A stretch of 24,000 bases of DNA from an uncultured Eubacteriales bacterium (GCA_964631095.1 CAZVZF010000004.1:3840-27839); one strand, 5' to 3'; counted from the stretch's first letter, positions 1 to 8,801 are shown. Made by a program: numbers and translations. The notes: generated by a model from the letters alone, not told the origin.

Positions 1-267
1 GTTGGTTGGTCCAGCATCTTTTTCATCGGCGGTGGAAATGAAGGTTCGATCTTCGACGCGGGCTACATCGCTGGGATCGCTACGAAAAAGAAATGAATTT
101 GGATGAATATCAGGATTTAATGCTACTGCTTGCCTTCTCATAACTGCGTCCTTCAACAATTGTAAGGATTCATCGTAACTACCATTACACCATTGAATAT
201 GATCGGGTTCACATAATGCAATACATTCATTTACCCAATCTTGAATTCTTCCGTGCAAATCAATCAT
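1..267 (-). CDS. pckG: Phosphoenolpyruvate carboxykinase (GTP), N-terminal part, truncated by window edge
   Basis: Not in the ORF track. Hand translation of the reverse strand from 267 gives MIDLHGRIQDWVNECIALCEPDHIQWCNGSYDESLQLLKDAVMRRQAVALNPDIHPNSFLFRSDPSDVARVEDRTFISTADEKDAGPTN, matching the N-terminal motifs of GTP-dependent PEPCK (C-x-GS, FL-x-RSDP-x-DVARVE-x-RTFI, DAGPTN). AAAGGGGG lies upstream of the ATG. Confidence 0.9.
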   Translation of the reverse strand, partial: MIDLHGRIQDWVNECIALCEPDHIQWCNGSYDESLQLLKDAVMRRQAVALNPDIHPNSFLFRSDPSDVARVEDRTFISTADEKDAGPTN

Positions 268-346
268 GGCTTGGTAAGCCCCCTTTATCGATTTCTAAAG
301 TAAGTGTAACACATAGGCATTATTTTGCAATCCACTCAACCTCTTT

Positions 347-373
347 TTGAATGCGATTCAGAAGTGATATAAT
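347..373 (+). promoter_or_regulatory. Possible sigma-A promoter (TTGAAT ... TATAAT, 15-nt spacer) for the 413 gene
   Basis: TTGAAT at 347-352 and TATAAT at 368-373; the spacer is short. Confidence 0.4.
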
Positions 374-412
374 AAAAATAAAGAAAAATATTCGAGAGGA
401 AGGAGTATTCGA

Positions 413-1336
413 ATGAAGGTTTATTTTAAGCCATCTCAAATTGGATTAAATTGGGCGCATGAACTAACGAACTGCTTTCCTGGTGTAACCTTTGAAAGTG
501 ATTTATTGCATGCATATGATGCTGATGTCATTATTGCTACGCCAACATTTCTTTCTAAGCAACATTTGGAAGTATTTACTAAGTTACGATGGATTCAGCT
601 AGTTACTGCTGGTTTCGAAGCCGCAGATTTAGATTATGTATTTTCTCGTCATATTATGGTCACTAATGCAAAAGGGGTATATAGCATTCCTTTGGCTGAA
701 GATATAATTGCTAAAATGTTGGCAATAAGCCGACATCTTAGAGAAGATTATGAAAGAATGAATCGCCATTGTTGGCAAGCTGGTCCGATAGTTCGAGAAT
801 TATATGGATCGACTGTTGGATTTTTAGGAACTGGTTCTATTGCTAGTGAAGCCGCTCTTCGTCTTCGCCCTTTTGGAGTACGTCTTCTTGGCTATCGTCG
901 AACGGAAGCTAAGCAACCAGAATTTGATGAGATTTTTGTTGGTGAGGCTGGATTAGAGATTGTTTTGCGTCAAAGTGACTTTGTCATATCTACATTGCCG
1001 CTTAATTTTCGTACGCATCAATTAATGAACTATGAACGCTTTCAGCAGATGAAGCATTCAGCAATCTTTATTAACCATGGTCGTGGTGATGTCGTGGTTC
1101 AAGAAGACCTGATTAGGGCATTAGAAAATCAAATAATTGCTGGGGCTGGGCTTGATGTAACATCACCTGAACCGCTGCCACCCGAATCAAAATTATGGAC
1201 AATGAAAAATGTATTAATTACGCCACATACAGCATCATTAAGTGATGCAATCTACGAGAGACTATATCAACTCATTGCTGGAAATCTAAGTCGTTATATT
1301 AAGAACGAGGAGCTTCATCATATCATTAATCCATAA
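413..1336 (+). CDS. D-isomer specific 2-hydroxyacid dehydrogenase family protein (NAD-binding)
   Basis: Full ORF with SD AGGAGG. Rossmann motif VGFLGTGSIASEAALRLRPFG, catalytic-type motifs NHGRGDVVVQEDL and GLDVTSPEPLPPESKLW, and NVLITPHTA. Confidence 0.88.
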   Translation: MKVYFKPSQIGLNWAHELTNCFPGVTFESDLLHAYDADVIIATPTFLSKQHLEVFTKLRWIQLVTAGFEAADLDYVFSRHIMVTNAKGVYSIPLAEDIIAKMLAISRHLREDYERMNRHCWQAGPIVRELYGSTVGFLGTGSIASEAALRLRPFGVRLLGYRRTEAKQPEFDEIFVGEAGLEIVLRQSDFVISTLPLNFRTHQLMNYERFQQMKHSAIFINHGRGDVVVQEDLIRALENQIIAGAGLDVTSPEPLPPESKLWTMKNVLITPHTASLSDAIYERLYQLIAGNLSRYIKNEELHHIINP

Positions 1337-1435
1337 TTGGTATTATTTTACTTATTGATAAGCATCCTTATCGACGTTTCAAACAGTTATTCGGTATAAT
1401 TATTAATAAGGCAATAAGCCTGTGGAGGATCGTAT

Positions 1436-1825
1436 ATGATTCCATTTATTACAGCTTATGGAGTAGCTTTTGTGGTCTTTTTTACAATTGATCTTGTTTG
1501 GCTAGGTAAAATTTCCAAAAAACTTTATCGAAAAGAAATTGGTAGTTTATTGTTAGAGCGTCCGAATTGGGGAGCAGGAATTCTTTTTTACTTCATCTAC
1601 TTAATTGGGATTGTAGTCTTTGCTATTTTACCCGCAAATTCATGGTTTGAATCCCTTGGATATGGAGCATTATTTGGCTTCATTGCTTATGCTACTTATG
1701 ATATGACGAATTTGGCAACCATGAAGAATTGGTCTTCAAAAATTACAGTTATTGATTTGGGATGGGGGTCTTTCATCAGTGGAGTAACTGCAATGCTGTC
1801 TTTCCTAATTCTTTCGATAATCTAA
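1436..1825 (+). CDS. DUF2177 family membrane protein
   Basis: Four predicted hydrophobic helices; DLVWLG...YGALFGFIAYATYDMTNLATMKNW is typical of DUF2177. SD GGAGG upstream. Confidence 0.75.
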   Translation: MIPFITAYGVAFVVFFTIDLVWLGKISKKLYRKEIGSLLLERPNWGAGILFYFIYLIGIVVFAILPANSWFESLGYGALFGFIAYATYDMTNLATMKNWSSKITVIDLGWGSFISGVTAMLSFLILSII

Positions 1826-1852
1826 ATCAAAGCATAAAAAGGGGGAGTATGG

Positions 1853-3634
1853 ATGAGTATAAAGCAATTGGATAATGAACAGCTATACTATTCGATGCTA
1901 GCTGGAGCAAGTGAAGTCATTGCTGCTAAGGACTCTTTAAATGCCATTAATGTTTTTCCAGTTCCTGATGGTGACACAGGTTCTAATCTTGCAGCATTAA
2001 TGACCTCAATTCTAGCGGAAGCAAAAATTGCGCCAACACCTGCCGAGACCTCAAAAGTTGTAGCCCAAGTGGCTTTGCGAGGGGCTCGCGGGAACTCTGG
2101 GATTATTTTTGCACAATATCTTGCCGGATTTTCCATGAGCATAAATGGTAATGGCTCGATATCAATGTCACAGTTTTCAGCAATGGTTAAACAAGCAGCT
2201 CAGGCCGCCAGAAGTGCCATTGCTGAGCCAGTTGAAGGGACAATTATTACTGTTATGAGAGAATGGGCAGAAGCTATTGAATCCCTTTATGGATCATCAG
2301 AGGATTTTTTGGATTTGTTGAATCAAGCTTTTGAACGCGCAAAAACAGCGTTAAGAAATACAACGGGTCGTTTAAAAGAATTGAAGAACGCCAATGTCGT
2401 TGATGCAGGTGCCAAGGGGTTTGTTCATTTTATTGAAGGCTTTGCAAGATTTTTGAAGACAGGGGTTTTTCATCGACCCATTCTTCAAGCAGACGATATC
2501 CATGTTCAAGAAGACCATTTGCAAGCCCCTGAATCGCTACGTTATTGTACGGAAGCCTTATTATCTGGAAAAGGGATCCCCTTGGATGCATTAAGGGAAG
2601 ATTTGAAAGCATTTGGAGAGTCAATTATTCTTGCGGGGAATCATAATATGGTCCGACTCCACTTACATACCGATCGCCCTGCAGATGTTTTTGTTGCTTT
2701 ACGAAAATATGGTGATGTTATACAACAAAAGGTGGATGATATGAAAAAACAATATGAAGCCGCCCATCATAGAAAATATCCTTATGCAATTATAACTGAT
2801 TCCGTAGCAGACCTTCCTTCAGCTTTTTTAGAAGAAAATCAGGTGTATGTAATCCCTATGCAAATACTATTTGCTAATAACACCTTTTATGACAAGTTGA
2901 CCATTGATGCCGAACGTTTTTATCAGTGGATGGATCAAACCGATCATTATCCATCTTCGGCCATGCCGTCCCCAGCCACTGTTGAAAATGCACTTTCTTT
3001 TTTGATCAGTCACTATGAAGGAATTCTTGCAATCACGGTTTCTCGAGCAATGAGTGGCACCTATAATGTTTTTGCTCAAGCGATTGAAAAAATAAAAGAA
3101 ATTAATCAAAAACCTATCTATCTTGTAGATTCTAAGCAGAACTCTGGGGCGCAGGGACTTGTTGTGATTAAGGCCGCTGAAGCACTTGCAAAAGGCGCAA
3201 ATTTGGATGAAGTTCGGGGCATTGCTCAACAAGCTGCAGAAAATGCAAAAATTCTTGTTAGTGTACCAACTCTTCACTATATGGTTCGATCAGGTCGTGT
3301 TAATAAAGTGACAGGATTCATCGGCAAAATAATGAATTTAAAACCTGTTATCTCAATTGATTCTGAGGGAAAAGGAATTATTTTTGAAAAAGCATTTACT
3401 ATCCGGGGGAACACCAAGAAAATCTTTCGTGAAGTGAAAAGAATGGCATCCCAAAGTGGAATTGAGTATTATGCAATCTTGCATGCAAACAATCCCACGC
3501 GTGCGACTGAGTTTGCTGAACGTGCAAAAAGCATCTTAGGTTTTGACCCGCTCTATCTTTCTGATATTTCTTCGGTCGTTGCCTTGAATGCCGGGATTGG
3601 TTCTGTAGCAATAGCGTTGCTTCAAAAAAAATAA
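1853..3634 (+). CDS. Fusion protein: DhaL/DAK2 domain + FakA-like middle domain + DegV (FakB-like) domain
   Basis: N-terminal [29 protein letters not shown] and DAGAKGF (DhaL). Middle YCTEALLSG...[14 protein letters not shown] (FakA_M). From about aa 308, [12 protein letters not shown]...[11 protein letters not shown]...[13 protein letters not shown] (DegV). Confidence 0.88.
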   Translation: MSIKQLDNEQLYYSMLAGASEVIAAKDSLNAINVFPVPDGDTGSNLAALMTSILAEAKIAPTPAETSKVVAQVALRGARGNSGIIFAQYLAGFSMSINGNGSISMSQFSAMVKQAAQAARSAIAEPVEGTIITVMREWAEAIESLYGSSEDFLDLLNQAFERAKTALRNTTGRLKELKNANVVDAGAKGFVHFIEGFARFLKTGVFHRPILQADDIHVQEDHLQAPESLRYCTEALLSGKGIPLDALREDLKAFGESIILAGNHNMVRLHLHTDRPADVFVALRKYGDVIQQKVDDMKKQYEAAHHRKYPYAIITDSVADLPSAFLEENQVYVIPMQILFANNTFYDKLTIDAERFYQWMDQTDHYPSSAMPSPATVENALSFLISHYEGILAITVSRAMSGTYNVFAQAIEKIKEINQKPIYLVDSKQNSGAQGLVVIKAAEALAKGANLDEVRGIAQQAAENAKILVSVPTLHYMVRSGRVNKVTGFIGKIMNLKPVISIDSEGKGIIFEKAFTIRGNTKKIFREVKRMASQSGIEYYAILHANNPTRATEFAERAKSILGFDPLYLSDISSVVALNAGIGSVAIALLQKK

Positions 3635-3645
3635 GGATGGTGTTT

Positions 3646-4455
3646 ATGAACGAATTATTTATCTACTCTGCAATACTCTTAATAGTATTTTTTTCTCTTC
3701 TATTTGTTATCGCCCAAATTATACAAAATAATTCAATTGTTGATTGGTTTTGGGGCATTGGATTTGTTTTGGTGACTTGGTTCAATTTTATTTATGTTTG
3801 GGTACGTTCAGGAATTTTCTATCTAGGGCTCTTTACTCTTGTTATTTTAGTGTCACTGTGGGGACTAAGACTGTTTTTCTATATTGCTCGAAGAAACATG
3901 AAAAAGCCGGAAGATTTTAGATATGTCAATATGAGAAAAAAATGGGGAAATCATTTTCCTCGGCTTAAAGCATTTGGCCAAGTTTTTATGCTCCAAGCTC
4001 TCTTTCTATTTGTCGTAGTGTCTGCTGTAACCTTTGCACATGCTACCCCTTTATCGGAGGTTGGTACAAGAGGGGTTATTGGTGCAGTGATTGGAGCTAT
4101 CATTTGGATAACAGGTTTTATCTTTGAAAGTTTTGGCGATGCACAACTGCGCGCCTTTTTAGCGAAACCGGAAAATCGAGGTCGAATCATGAAAACAGGA
4201 TTATGGAAATACACAAGACATCCTAACTACTTTGGCGAAGCAACAATGTGGTGGGGGATTTTTATTGTTGCTGTTTCAATCAGCGCTCCTCTTACCTGGA
4301 TAGGAATAATTAGTCCTCTTACCATTTCTTACTTGCTCCTTTTTGTTTCGGGGGTTCCCTTATTAGAAAAGCACTATAAAGATAATATTGAATTTCAGGA
4401 ATATGCGAAAGTCACGAGCATTTTTTTCCCGTTACCTCCCAAAAAAATATTGTAA
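3646..4455 (+). CDS. DUF1295 / steroid 5-alpha-reductase C-terminal-like membrane protein
   Basis: Multiple TM segments; WFWGIGF, SLWGLRL...[14 protein letters not shown], and [20 protein letters not shown] are the family signatures. The track starts at 3637, but SD AAGGA (3633-3637) favours the ATG at 3646. Confidence 0.85.
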   Translation: MNELFIYSAILLIVFFSLLFVIAQIIQNNSIVDWFWGIGFVLVTWFNFIYVWVRSGIFYLGLFTLVILVSLWGLRLFFYIARRNMKKPEDFRYVNMRKKWGNHFPRLKAFGQVFMLQALFLFVVVSAVTFAHATPLSEVGTRGVIGAVIGAIIWITGFIFESFGDAQLRAFLAKPENRGRIMKTGLWKYTRHPNYFGEATMWWGIFIVAVSISAPLTWIGIISPLTISYLLLFVSGVPLLEKHYKDNIEFQEYAKVTSIFFPLPPKKIL

Positions 4456-4521
4456 TTCTTAATTCTTTTCGTTCGAGTCATCCAATCTTTAGCAATGACA
4501 TTGGCGATTTATACAAATGGC

Positions 4522-4550
4522 TTGTTTTCAAATATTCAGAGCGTTACAAT
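4522..4550 (+). promoter_or_regulatory. Putative promoter of lemA (TTGTTT-17-TACAAT)
   Basis: TTGTTT 4522-4527, 17-nt spacer, TACAAT 4545-4550; expected TSS about 4557. Confidence 0.45.
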
Positions 4551-4560
4551 AAAATAAAGT

Positions 4561-4588
4561 AAAACAAGCATTCGCGTTAGCTTGTTTT
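4561..4588 (+). repeat. Perfect 9-bp inverted repeat AAAACAAGC-N10-GCTTGTTTT in the lemA 5' region
   Basis: Read directly: AAAACAAGC (4561-4569), loop ATTCGCGTTA, GCTTGTTTT (4580-4588). Confidence 0.8.
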
Positions 4589-4596
4589 ATGTGGAT

Positions 4597-4613
4597 GACC
4601 GATATCATCGGTC
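4597..4613 (+). promoter_or_regulatory. Perfect 7-bp hairpin GACCGAT-ATC-ATCGGTC ending one nucleotide before the lemA Shine-Dalgarno
   Basis: Read directly; SD AGGAGG at 4615-4620, ATG at 4627. Confidence 0.7.
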
Positions 4614-4626
4614 CAGGAGGATTTTT

Positions 4627-5238
4627 ATGAAAGCCTTCGCACTTACTAAGACAAAAATCATCACTACGATTGTTGTCGTTTTTTTGCTGATTGTTGGAGT
4701 AACGACAATTGGAACTTACAATTCAATGATTCGAGATGAGGCTTTTGCTGAGGAACAATATACAGGCATCGGTCGAGTTCTGGATCAACGATCGAATACT
4801 TTAACCCTACTTGCCAATGCCATTATAGGGTTACAAACACACGAGGCCGATATCTACAATGCTCTGTTTGATGCGCGTGCCGCTTATGCATCGGCAAGAG
4901 CATCCAATGATGCAGAAGGAATGATGCAAGCAGATGCGGACTTAACTTCTGCTCTTCAGGCCTTATTGCTTGCCGTTGTTGAAGATAATGGAGTTAATTT
5001 GAATTCTGCAGCTGCTTACAACACTTATATGGTTAGTGTCATTTCGTTGGAATATGAACTCAGTGCTGCACGTGTGGATTACAACAGTTCGGTGCGTCAA
5101 TACAACACTAATTTGCGTCTATTCCCGAATCTTATTGTTGCATCTCTTTTCGGTTTTGAGGAAAAGGTTTTATGGGAAAATCCAGATGGATCGGGCGAAA
5201 TTCCAGATATAAATTTTGTTGGAACTGGGGATGAATAG
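4627..5238 (+). CDS. lemA: LemA family protein
   Basis: N-terminal TM followed by YNSMIRDEAFAEEQ...QRSNTLTLLANAIIG...YNTNLRLFPNLIVASLFGF. The track start at 4582 is 5' of the SD; ATG 4627 sits 6 nt after AGGAGG. Confidence 0.88.
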   Translation: MKAFALTKTKIITTIVVVFLLIVGVTTIGTYNSMIRDEAFAEEQYTGIGRVLDQRSNTLTLLANAIIGLQTHEADIYNALFDARAAYASARASNDAEGMMQADADLTSALQALLLAVVEDNGVNLNSAAAYNTYMVSVISLEYELSAARVDYNSSVRQYNTNLRLFPNLIVASLFGFEEKVLWENPDGSGEIPDINFVGTGDE

Positions 5239-6034
5239 ACTCATTCGTCGTCTCGTCCGCCTGCTTTTAGCAGTTGTCATTCTTGGTGGAGGTGGATATT
5301 TCCTCTACGATCAAATCTTTCGCCCCGAAGCTGATCTGCGCCCGACCCAAGCGTATTATGTGAATGACTTTGCAGGAGTGCTTGAACCAGCTGTCGAGTC
5401 AACAATTATTCGTGAGGGAGATCGGTTGTATCGGGATACTGCTGAAGAGGAACATGGTGGAGCCCAAGTTGTCTTTATCACCATTTCTTTTGAACTCGAA
5501 TCTGAACTTGCTCAGTATGATAAAGTGGAGTTATTTCGAAAGTGGGAAATTGGCGACAATAACATGGGTCTGTTGGTTTTATTGTTTTTTCAAGAGACTG
5601 ATAGCGGTTTATCGTTCTATGAAATACAAACCGCTACAGGTTATTGGATGTCTGTTTTTTTAACCCCCATTGAAACATCCAACATCATTGATAACACCTT
5701 GTTCGCAACAGATGATTTATCCATGGGAATCATTCATATGTATTATGAATTTTTAAGTGTAATTTATGTAGAAGCTTATGGATATTCCTCATTTAATTAT
5801 GATATGGAAGATTATCAAGAGTATCTTGAAACCTATATTCCAGATGAAGATTTGCTCACAGAACTCTCTTCCACTTGGTTGTGGTACTTATTGTCTCCTT
5901 TTGGTTCTCTTGAAGGGAAGATATTTTCAGGGGGAGCCATGCTTATCCTAATACTCATGTTAGGTGGATTTGCGGTTCGTGTTGGAGGCGGGGGGAGTAC
6001 GGGGGGAGCCGGAGTTTTTCGCCGGCGTCGCTAA
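5231..6034 (+). CDS. TPM-domain (YgcG-like) membrane-anchored protein
   Basis: YYVNDFAGVLEPAVESTIIREGDRLYRDT...GAQVVFITISFELE...REWEIG-like TPM motif (KWEIGDNNMGLLVLLFF). C-terminal Gly-rich tail GGGGSTGGAGVFRRRR. Overlaps the lemA stop; the true start is probably ATG 5231, not TTG 5216. Confidence 0.82.
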   Translation: MNRLIRRLVRLLLAVVILGGGGYFLYDQIFRPEADLRPTQAYYVNDFAGVLEPAVESTIIREGDRLYRDTAEEEHGGAQVVFITISFELESELAQYDKVELFRKWEIGDNNMGLLVLLFFQETDSGLSFYEIQTATGYWMSVFLTPIETSNIIDNTLFATDDLSMGIIHMYYEFLSVIYVEAYGYSSFNYDMEDYQEYLETYIPDEDLLTELSSTWLWYLLSPFGSLEGKIFSGGAMLILILMLGGFAVRVGGGGSTGGAGVFRRRR

Positions 6035-6049
6035 TGAAGGAAGTAGAAC

Positions 6050-6640
6050 ATGGAAAAAGAATCAACAGATCGACTTAGTTTATTTACACTTGCTCAATTA
6101 GGCGAACTTTTTCCTATTCACTTACAACGTTATTCTCGCCATTGGCCACGCCGTTATTGGGCGGAGCAAAAAAGAATTACCAAAGTCATGGGGAGGGCTA
6201 TTGTGCGTATCTCGCATTATGGAAGCACTTCAGTTCCTGGGTTAACCGCCAAACCAACCATTGATATCTTGCTTGAAGTGAAACATGACACTGACATCAG
6301 TTGGTTGGATGAGCAATGTGCTCATTTAGGGTATTTGAGTTCTTATCAGCCACATAATCCAGCTCCTCATCGCATGTATATGAAAGGATATACCGCTCAA
6401 GGCTATCAAGGTCAAGCGTATCACCTGCACGTTCGATATCCTGGAGATTGGGACGAACTATACTTCCGTGATTATCTCATCGACTATCCTGATGTTGCAA
6501 AAGAATATTCAATTCTAAAACTGAAACTTTCTGAATGCTTTCGAACCAATCGAGAGGCATACACAGAGGCGAAGACACAATTTATTCGTGTACATACTTT
6601 GCTTGCTCGTCAGAAATATGGGAATCGTTATGCAACATAG
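6050..6640 (+). CDS. GrpB family (UPF0157) nucleotidyltransferase-fold protein
   Basis: HYGSTSVPGLTAKPTIDILLEV, YTAQGYQGQAYHLHVRYPGDWDELYFRDYLIDYPDVAKEYSILKLKL. Confidence 0.88.
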   Translation: MEKESTDRLSLFTLAQLGELFPIHLQRYSRHWPRRYWAEQKRITKVMGRAIVRISHYGSTSVPGLTAKPTIDILLEVKHDTDISWLDEQCAHLGYLSSYQPHNPAPHRMYMKGYTAQGYQGQAYHLHVRYPGDWDELYFRDYLIDYPDVAKEYSILKLKLSECFRTNREAYTEAKTQFIRVHTLLARQKYGNRYAT

Positions 6641-6697
6641 GCTTTTTTTATGCTTGAATATGTGACATAATAAGTACAATCGAATGAGAGGAGCCGG

Positions 6698-7267
6698 ATG
6701 CCAATGGCCGAACCCCTTGCGACCAAACAGGTTCTTGCGGATGCGTTGAAAGAACTCCTCACAACGCATACTTTTTCAAAAATCAAAGTTAATGATATTG
6801 TGGAGTATTGCGGTATCAACCGGCAAACTTTTTATTATCATTTTGATGATAAGTATGATCTTGTGAATTGGATATTTTTCACTGAAATATTTGCCAATCT
6901 TCAACAAGAGTACTCTTCAATAGAATGGGATACCATTCTTGAACTATGTGAGTATTTCTATCAAAATTTAGCCTTTTATCGCAAGGTGTTGCTTGAAGAT
7001 GGGCTGAATTCTTTTACAGCTTATTTTGGGACATTATTAAGACCTCTGTTTCGAGCACAAGTAATGTTTTCCAGCATAGAGATTCCTGATGCATCGTTTT
7101 ACGCTATTTTCTTTTCGGATGCCATTCTTGCTTCCATTCGTCGATGGATTCTTGAAGGAGCAAAAACCCCTCCTCAAGATTTTGTTTTGCAGATGGAGCG
7201 GGCATGTCGTGATTTTGCTTTGGTTGTTCTCGAAAAAGACCGCGAGGAATCATTAGGGGGGAAATAA
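6698..7267 (+). CDS. TetR/AcrR family regulator, DhaS-like
   Basis: N-terminal HTH: LADALKELLTTHTFSKIKVNDIVEYCGINRQTFYYHFDDKYDLVNWIF. Confidence 0.85.
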   Translation: MPMAEPLATKQVLADALKELLTTHTFSKIKVNDIVEYCGINRQTFYYHFDDKYDLVNWIFFTEIFANLQQEYSSIEWDTILELCEYFYQNLAFYRKVLLEDGLNSFTAYFGTLLRPLFRAQVMFSSIEIPDASFYAIFFSDAILASIRRWILEGAKTPPQDFVLQMERACRDFALVVLEKDREESLGGK

Positions 7268-8547
7268 TGCGAATTGGCTATGCTTGTTTGACCATTGGAG
7301 TTCAGGATGCCAAGTTGCAACATGCTCTTTTGCGTACCATCAATGAAGAAAAGTTCTATCAGATTATTAATCATAATTTAGACGTGTTAGAAAAAGTTTT
7401 ACATTACAACCGTGCTAATGGAATATATATGTTTCGCATGAGTTCGGATCTAATCCCTTTTGGGTCTTCTTATGCACGACAATTTCCATGGCGAGAACGT
7501 TTTTCTAGCCGTCTTCAATCAATTGGAGAATACATTATTCATGAGGGCATTCGAGTGTCTATGCATCCTGGGCAATATACAGTTTTAAATTCTCCTAGGT
7601 CAGAAGTTGTCCAAGCTTCGATTTTCGATTTGGATTATCATGCCGAATTCATGGATGCTTTAGGAGTTGACTCGACTCATAAAATTATCTTGCACATTGG
7701 AGGAGTGTACGGTGATCGATGGGCTGCCATGGAACGATTTGGAGCAACCTATCAAACTCTTTCCGAAAGCGTTAAAGCACGATTAGTAATAGAAAATGAT
7801 GATGTAAATTATCCTTTTGACGATGTCTATCAACTCGCAGTTCAATGGAATATTCCTATGGTATTTGATAATTTGCATCATTTCGTATTACCCTCTCCTT
7901 CGGGAATCAAAGATATGGAAGCGATTGATCAAGCACGTCAAACATGGAAACAACGAGATGGTGTTCAAAAAATCCATTACTCTCAACAACATGAAAAAAA
8001 GTCCTTAGGCGCTCATTCGGATACCATCGTTTTACAACCTTTGTTGAATTTTTTGAGTCGTATTCAACGAGCCGACCTTGATGTGATGTTAGAAGTGAAA
8101 GATAAGAATTTGTCTGCTGTCAAAGCTAATCTAGCCGTTCGTTCGGAGACTCGTATGCGCGATTTAGAACAGGAGTGGGCTCGTTATAAATACGCAGTAT
8201 TAGAACACGATCCCGCACGTTATGAAGCCATCCGCATATTGTTGCAAGATAAAGACATCGTTCCAGTGATTGAGTTTTATGAATTGGTTGATGCTGCAAT
8301 CAGTAAACCCATTCAAACGGGAAGAGCAGAGAATGCATTGTTGCATGTCTTTGGACACCTATCCAATAAAATGAATGATAAAGAGCAATTACAATTCAAT
8401 AAATTAATCGATTCCTATCGAAAGGGCACTCGCAGTTTAAATGCGTGCAAAAATTTCCTATGGAAATTTGTTGTAAATCAAAATGATTTGTACCTACTAC
8501 AATCGCTTTATTTCTGGGCATTAAGACCAACATCAGATTTGGATTAA
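7267..8547 (+). CDS. uvsE: UV DNA damage endonuclease (UVDE family)
   Basis: MRIGYACLTIGV...FRMSSDLIPFGS...RVSMHPGQYTVLNSPR...HIGGVYGDR...LVIENDD...MVFDNLHH...VMLEVKDKN. Start overlaps the upstream stop (TAATG). Confidence 0.93.
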   Translation: MRIGYACLTIGVQDAKLQHALLRTINEEKFYQIINHNLDVLEKVLHYNRANGIYMFRMSSDLIPFGSSYARQFPWRERFSSRLQSIGEYIIHEGIRVSMHPGQYTVLNSPRSEVVQASIFDLDYHAEFMDALGVDSTHKIILHIGGVYGDRWAAMERFGATYQTLSESVKARLVIENDDVNYPFDDVYQLAVQWNIPMVFDNLHHFVLPSPSGIKDMEAIDQARQTWKQRDGVQKIHYSQQHEKKSLGAHSDTIVLQPLLNFLSRIQRADLDVMLEVKDKNLSAVKANLAVRSETRMRDLEQEWARYKYAVLEHDPARYEAIRILLQDKDIVPVIEFYELVDAAISKPIQTGRAENALLHVFGHLSNKMNDKEQLQFNKLIDSYRKGTRSLNACKNFLWKFVVNQNDLYLLQSLYFWALRPTSDLD

Positions 8548-8566
8548 TTCCTATTAGTGATATAAT
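8539..8566 (+). promoter_or_regulatory. Possible promoter (TTGGAT-16-TATAAT) overlapping the uvsE stop
   Basis: TTGGAT 8539-8544 and TATAAT 8561-8566. A weaker alternative, TTGCTT (8598-8603)-16-TATTAG (8620-8625), lies downstream. Confidence 0.45.
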
Positions 8567-8572
8567 TTGACG

Positions 8573-8801
8573 TTCACAGTTTTTGTCTATGGTCTTCTTG
8601 CTTAAATGAGTTAGAATGATATTAGAGGATTCCGTTTCCTCAACAATATCGCCAAAAGGGATAAAACCCTTTGGACCGGCATATCATCGCCGGTGCCTCA
8701 GATTATTGTTCTGCATGTTGTTCTTGAATCATGGGGGGTTTCTTGAACGATGTAAAGTGCATAATCTGGACCAATCGAGGGGGGTTACCCCCTCTTTTTT
8801 T
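8573..8801 (+). ncRNA. Candidate structured RNA (independent sRNA or cis-regulatory leader of the mrp gene), family not recognised
   Basis: Serial hairpins: GAGGA/TCCTC (8625-8641), CCAAAAGGG-ATAAAA-CCCTTTGG (8652-8674), ACCGGC-N8-GCCGGT (8675-8694), and a long rod CAGATTAT...ATAATCTG (8699-8768). These are followed by a strong terminator. The 5' boundary is inferred from the putative promoter. Confidence 0.5.
8777..8801 (+). terminator. Rho-independent terminator GAGGGGG-GTTA-CCCCCTC + T7
   Basis: Perfect 7-bp GC-rich stem, tetraloop, TTTTTTT run. Confidence 0.85.

Noticed and set aside
1355-1374. Short hairpin TTGATAAG-CATC-CTTATCGA after the dehydrogenase gene
   Set aside because: No following T-tract, AT-rich and short; not strong enough to call a terminator or operator.
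2867-3277. 136-aa minus-strand ORF inside the DAK-DegV fusion
   Set aside because: Antisense shadow of a strongly supported coding region; no SD, low-complexity Phe/Asn-rich sequence.
4470-4490. GTTCGAGTC string resembling a tRNA T-loop
   Set aside because: No acceptor stem, anticodon arm or D-arm around it; coincidental.
5364-5663. 99-aa + strand ORF in an alternative frame inside the TPM-domain gene
   Set aside because: Out-of-frame, no SD, while the main frame encodes a recognisable TPM domain.
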